This document shows positions 61,399 to 64,000 of a DNA stretch of 64,000 bases, in pieces. The DNA comes from a virus. The stretch is from the IMG/VR virus record IMGVR_UViG_3300048914_000195. One strand, given 5' to 3'. The position numbers and the translations under genes are program-made. How positions within the stretch are numbered: position 1 is the stretch's first letter; every line of letters starts with the position of its first letter. The notes beneath the pieces were generated by a model. The model was not told where the DNA came from and ran no database searches. It saw only the letters and a list, made by a program, of their open reading frames with translations.

Positions 61399-61746
61399 TT
61401 AATCTAAAAAAGCCTGTAAGCTTCTTACTGTTTCAACAAACAGGTGGTCTTTTACTTGTTCATTGTGTGGCAGTTGTTCAAATGGGATGAGTGATGGATG
61501 AGTTTTCTTTACGTGGTCACGAACCACGCCCCACACATAACCCTCAGCCAGTTTGTTCTTCATCCATTGTTCGTGGCTGAAACCGCCCGTTGCATTTGGG
61601 TTGTTGATAAGATCACGTACTCCGATTTTTGTCGCTGTCTGCATTATTTCTAATGCATCTTCCCAAGCTGGAATTGTTTCACCAATTGAAGCGCAGAAAA
61701 CTACCTGAATATTGTGTACTACTTTTGCGATGTCTGTAATTGTCAT
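61399..61746 (-). CDS. RyR-domain protein
   Basis: HEQWMKNKLAEGYVWGVVRDHVKKTHPSLIPFEQLPHNEQVKDHLFVETV matches the RyR-domain pattern hE.W...k..eGW.yG..rd...k.hP.lvpf..Lpe.ek.kD. Confidence 0.65.
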   Translation of the reverse strand: MTITDIAKVVHNIQVVFCASIGETIPAWEDALEIMQTATKIGVRDLINNPNATGGFSHEQWMKNKLAEGYVWGVVRDHVKKTHPSLIPFEQLPHNEQVKDHLFVETVRSLQAFLD

Positions 61747-61823
61747 AATGAATGATTTTATAGGTTACTTTTTTTTAATCCTTACTGCGCGTAGCGCCAA
61801 AAAGACATTAGCCCGTATTTTTA

Positions 61824-62042
61824 TCAATCGAGCTGTTCTATTTCAAGGTTACAATTCAGCCAGTATTGATTTGACGAAAGCGATTGTATTGCCTCCTCTG
61901 CCTCAAAGTAGTATCTGAAATGCTTGGCCCAGATTCGAAAGCCGGTTTTTGCACGCTCCCCCGCTACGTATCCGTCTTCAATTCTAAGAATTGTATTATT
62001 CAGCTCTACTTTATGGGAGAATTTAATAATGAACTGTGACAT
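61824..62042 (-). CDS. hypothetical protein (72 aa), first CDS of the leftward early operon
   Basis: Track ORF, ~275 nt downstream of the consensus promoter at 62323-62353. Confidence 0.45.
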   Translation of the reverse strand: MSQFIIKFSHKVELNNTILRIEDGYVAGERAKTGFRIWAKHFRYYFEAEEAIQSLSSNQYWLNCNLEIEQLD

Positions 62043-62322
62043 GATTAGTTGTTTTTATCCTAGCTCCGCTCTGAAGGTGCCAAACTTCCCGGTGATAAAT
62101 CAACCGCTCAGGCAATGAAGAGGGTGAACTTGTTGAGGTCTGCACAAAAGCCTAACTCTATACAAATCCATATATCTTTAGTCATGTGTCGGTATGGTCT
62201 GGGCCGTCACCACCCTACCAGGCTCTTTTGCGGCCTACCAAGCACATAAGATATTTTGCAGCATGTCAAGGATCTAATGTTGATGAGCTTCAGAACTAAC
62301 TCCTTGTCCCTCATCAACAACT

Positions 62323-62353
62323 CAAAGATACAACCGTTTTTCTTTTACGCAAA
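62323..62353 (-). promoter_or_regulatory. Bacteroidota-type promoter, leftward (TTTG-N19-TATCTTTG), candidate early promoter
   Basis: On the minus strand the -7 box TATCTTTG is at 62330-62323 and the -33 box TTTG at 62353-62350, with a 19-nt spacer. The architecture is the same as the promoter at 2705-2735. Confidence 0.55.
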
Positions 62354-62400
62354 ATATTAGAGGGTGTTTATTGTCACACAATTGTAATAAACGTATACGG

Positions 62401-62408
62401 TAAGTTTG
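62401..62408 (+). promoter_or_regulatory. -7 box TAAGTTTG (rightward), divergent from the early promoter
   Basis: Exact TAnnTTTG match. Only a weak TTG lies 16 nt upstream. Confidence 0.35.
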
Positions 62409-62790
62409 GACAAAAACACACGAATATTGTCCAAAACAGACAGTTTGCATTCGCAATGCACTGATAATCAACACACATTCAAACCAAGCAGCAATCACCA
62501 CCAACTCAGCCCGCACTACAAGCAAACCCCATCCGCCAGGCAATACACACCGTACTCGAATCCCAACTAGTTAAAGGCTTCACCATTTTACAACTACGAA
62601 AACTAGTAAACCAAGTTGACCATCTCAGTTATGTAGCCGTTTGGTTGCGCATAACATAAAAGCAAACCTCACAGTTATAGTGATACTATCTAAATGATAG
62701 TGACTTACCAACAAACATCAGATGTTTAAAGCTGTTCTGGGCGTGATAATCCGCAGCTATGTACGTGTCGGAAAGCTACAGCTCATTCTC

Positions 62791-62814
62791 AGGCGGCTTA
62801 ATTACGCCTTTTTG
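62791..62814 (+). terminator. modest intrinsic terminator (rightward), overlapping the HNH stop codon
   Basis: AGGCG (62791-62795), a 9-nt loop, CGCCT (62805-62809), then TTTT. Confidence 0.4.
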
Positions 62815-63226
62815 ACTGATCCTTTCGGCAACTCCAGTATTCATCGCCCCTCAGCCTCTTTAATAGTCCTGTAGCGAACGCATGTTTTAGGTTTTCAGAT
62901 ATTGTCGTCCATTCTAGGTTGTGTATGCTGTTGTTGGCCTTGTTGCCGTCTCTGTGATTAACCCAAAGCTCTTTGTCAGTATTAGGCTTTGGTATAAAGT
63001 GAGAGGCAACCAACCTGTGAATGTATTGCCACCTGGATACGCCTTGATCGTTCTTCAGAAAGACCATTTTATATCCCCTGTTATCATGTGGTGGCAGTTC
63101 GCGCTGCTTATAGAAAGAATAAACTGTCCCATCTTGGCTGATTGTGTAGCGACTATGGTTGGCTATCTGTACTGTATTTGTATTCATGAAACAAACATAA
63201 GCAATGTTAAATGGAATAATAGTCAA
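62798..63226 (-). CDS. free-standing HNH homing endonuclease (NUMOD4 + HNH_3 type)
   Basis: SRYTISQDGTVYSF (NUMOD4-like) ... YIHRLVASHFIPKPNTDKELWVNHRDGNKANNSIHNLEWTTISENLKHA is the classic HNH_3 pattern. An alternative start is ATG 63187 (MNTNTVQ). Confidence 0.85.
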   Translation of the reverse strand: MTIIPFNIAYVCFMNTNTVQIANHSRYTISQDGTVYSFYKQRELPPHDNRGYKMVFLKNDQGVSRWQYIHRLVASHFIPKPNTDKELWVNHRDGNKANNSIHNLEWTTISENLKHAFATGLLKRLRGDEYWSCRKDQSKRRN

Positions 63227-64000
63227 CTAGGATGTCTTCTACAATCGCGTATATGAAATCGTCATTGGGCTAACACTGTATATGCAAACGTCAGGGCCTT
63301 CAGAGCAGCCTTCCCCCTAGTCAAACAGCGGCTTGAACAATCTATGGGCAGCGTCGCAACAAATATTGTGGACACAACAGAAACTAGTTATGGTCATGCG
63401 CTTCAACTTAGCTTTGCCCTCATCAATCCTTCAGCAACCGAAACGTTTCGAATAAGTTGACCCACCCGGTCGAAACTTTTCATTTCCCCCTGACCCGGCG
63501 CGCTGTGATCGCGTGGGGGTTAACCCAGTCATATAATCCATATCGCATTTTATGTTTTTGGGGTTATCTTCTTTTCGAGGGCTTTTGGCTTACCTGGCAT
63601 TTTGGATGAGTTATCCACAGGGACTACCTATTTGGTTGTTGGCAGTCGTAATAGGAGTAAACGATGTACATGAAACACAAATTCTTGAAGATGCTGCTGC
63701 TGCTGTCAACGCTGTCATTTGTTTATTACGCCATTATGTCATGAATCGCTAATAGACGGGAGGTTCTTCATCTGAACAGGGGGTAAAATTGGTTGGGCGG
63801 TATTGTCGTCTTTAAAAACGATTTTAAGGCCTTTTTTAGACGCTGAAGCTATGTTTGTGGGTATGTATCTGTAAAACACACTGATCATTCATATTTGAGC
63901 CATATTAAGCGGCAATTCTGGTCATGGTCAGATAATGGCTATTGGCATAACATAATAAATGGCCTTCGGCAGATAGGACTGATATATTTATTTGGTGAAT

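Noticed and set aside
62322-62543. 73-aa minus-strand ORF in the right-hand ORF-poor region
   Set aside because: It spans the divergent promoter region, begins upstream of the predicted leftward TSS, and has Gly/Val/Cys-rich low-complexity composition caused by the strand skew.
63552-63752. 66-aa plus-strand ORF
   Set aside because: It has no promoter box or neighbouring genes on that strand and matches no motif. It overlaps the signal-peptide-like mini-ORF in another frame. Left unannotated.
1-64000. Prophage boundaries, attL/attR or an integrase
   Set aside because: No tyrosine or serine recombinase motif is present in any ORF. I could find no direct repeat by eye that links the tRNA-like region to the right-hand region. 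The lysogeny question stays open pending the flanking sequence.

Overview
The window is almost entirely a tailed dsDNA phage or prophage segment. Its expression signals are Bacteroidota-type: repeated TAnnTTTG -7 boxes, two of them with a TTTG -33 box 19 nt upstream, and almost no Shine-Dalgarno motifs. All functional calls below are motif recognition by eye; no database search or folding program was run.

Layout:
(i) 1-819: two leftward CDSs. One is an ASCH-domain gene cut by the window edge.
(ii) 820-2795: a ~2-kb ORF-poor leftward unit. It has a full-consensus promoter, three intrinsic terminators, two degenerate tRNA-shaped elements and a ~470-nt helix-rich candidate ncRNA.
(iii) 2796-37957: the rightward late module, in podovirus (T7-like) order. 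It runs portal-like, scaffold-like, capsid-like, then fibre/depolymerase genes (SGNH esterase, beta-helix). Next come an inverted two-gene moron, adaptor/nozzle-like genes, and an ejection-protein block with a YkgJ Cys-cluster protein, an HExxH peptidase and a 2122-aa giant protein. It ends with tailspike and fibre genes and a lysis cassette (holin-like, i-/o-spanin-like pair, lipoprotein with C-terminal TMD, GH108 endolysin).
(iv) 37947-39830: a convergent leftward fibre-like gene with a signal peptide.
(v) 39995-62042: a leftward early/replication-recombination module of ~65 tightly packed small genes, many with ATGA start/stop overlaps. Recognisable products are a beta-clamp-like protein, DUF1064, a DnaA-domain-IV protein, a YqaJ exonuclease with a Rad52-like annealase, an ECF-type sigma factor, an HNH nuclease and a RyR-domain protein. 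The module also holds four paralogous small-protein families and a conserved GC-rich intercistronic element.
(vi) 62043-64000: a second ORF-poor region with divergent consensus promoters, a C-rich promoter-to-terminator unit and a free-standing NUMOD4/HNH endonuclease.

No terminase, DNA polymerase, primase/helicase, integrase, reverse transcriptase, CRISPR array or rRNA was recognised.
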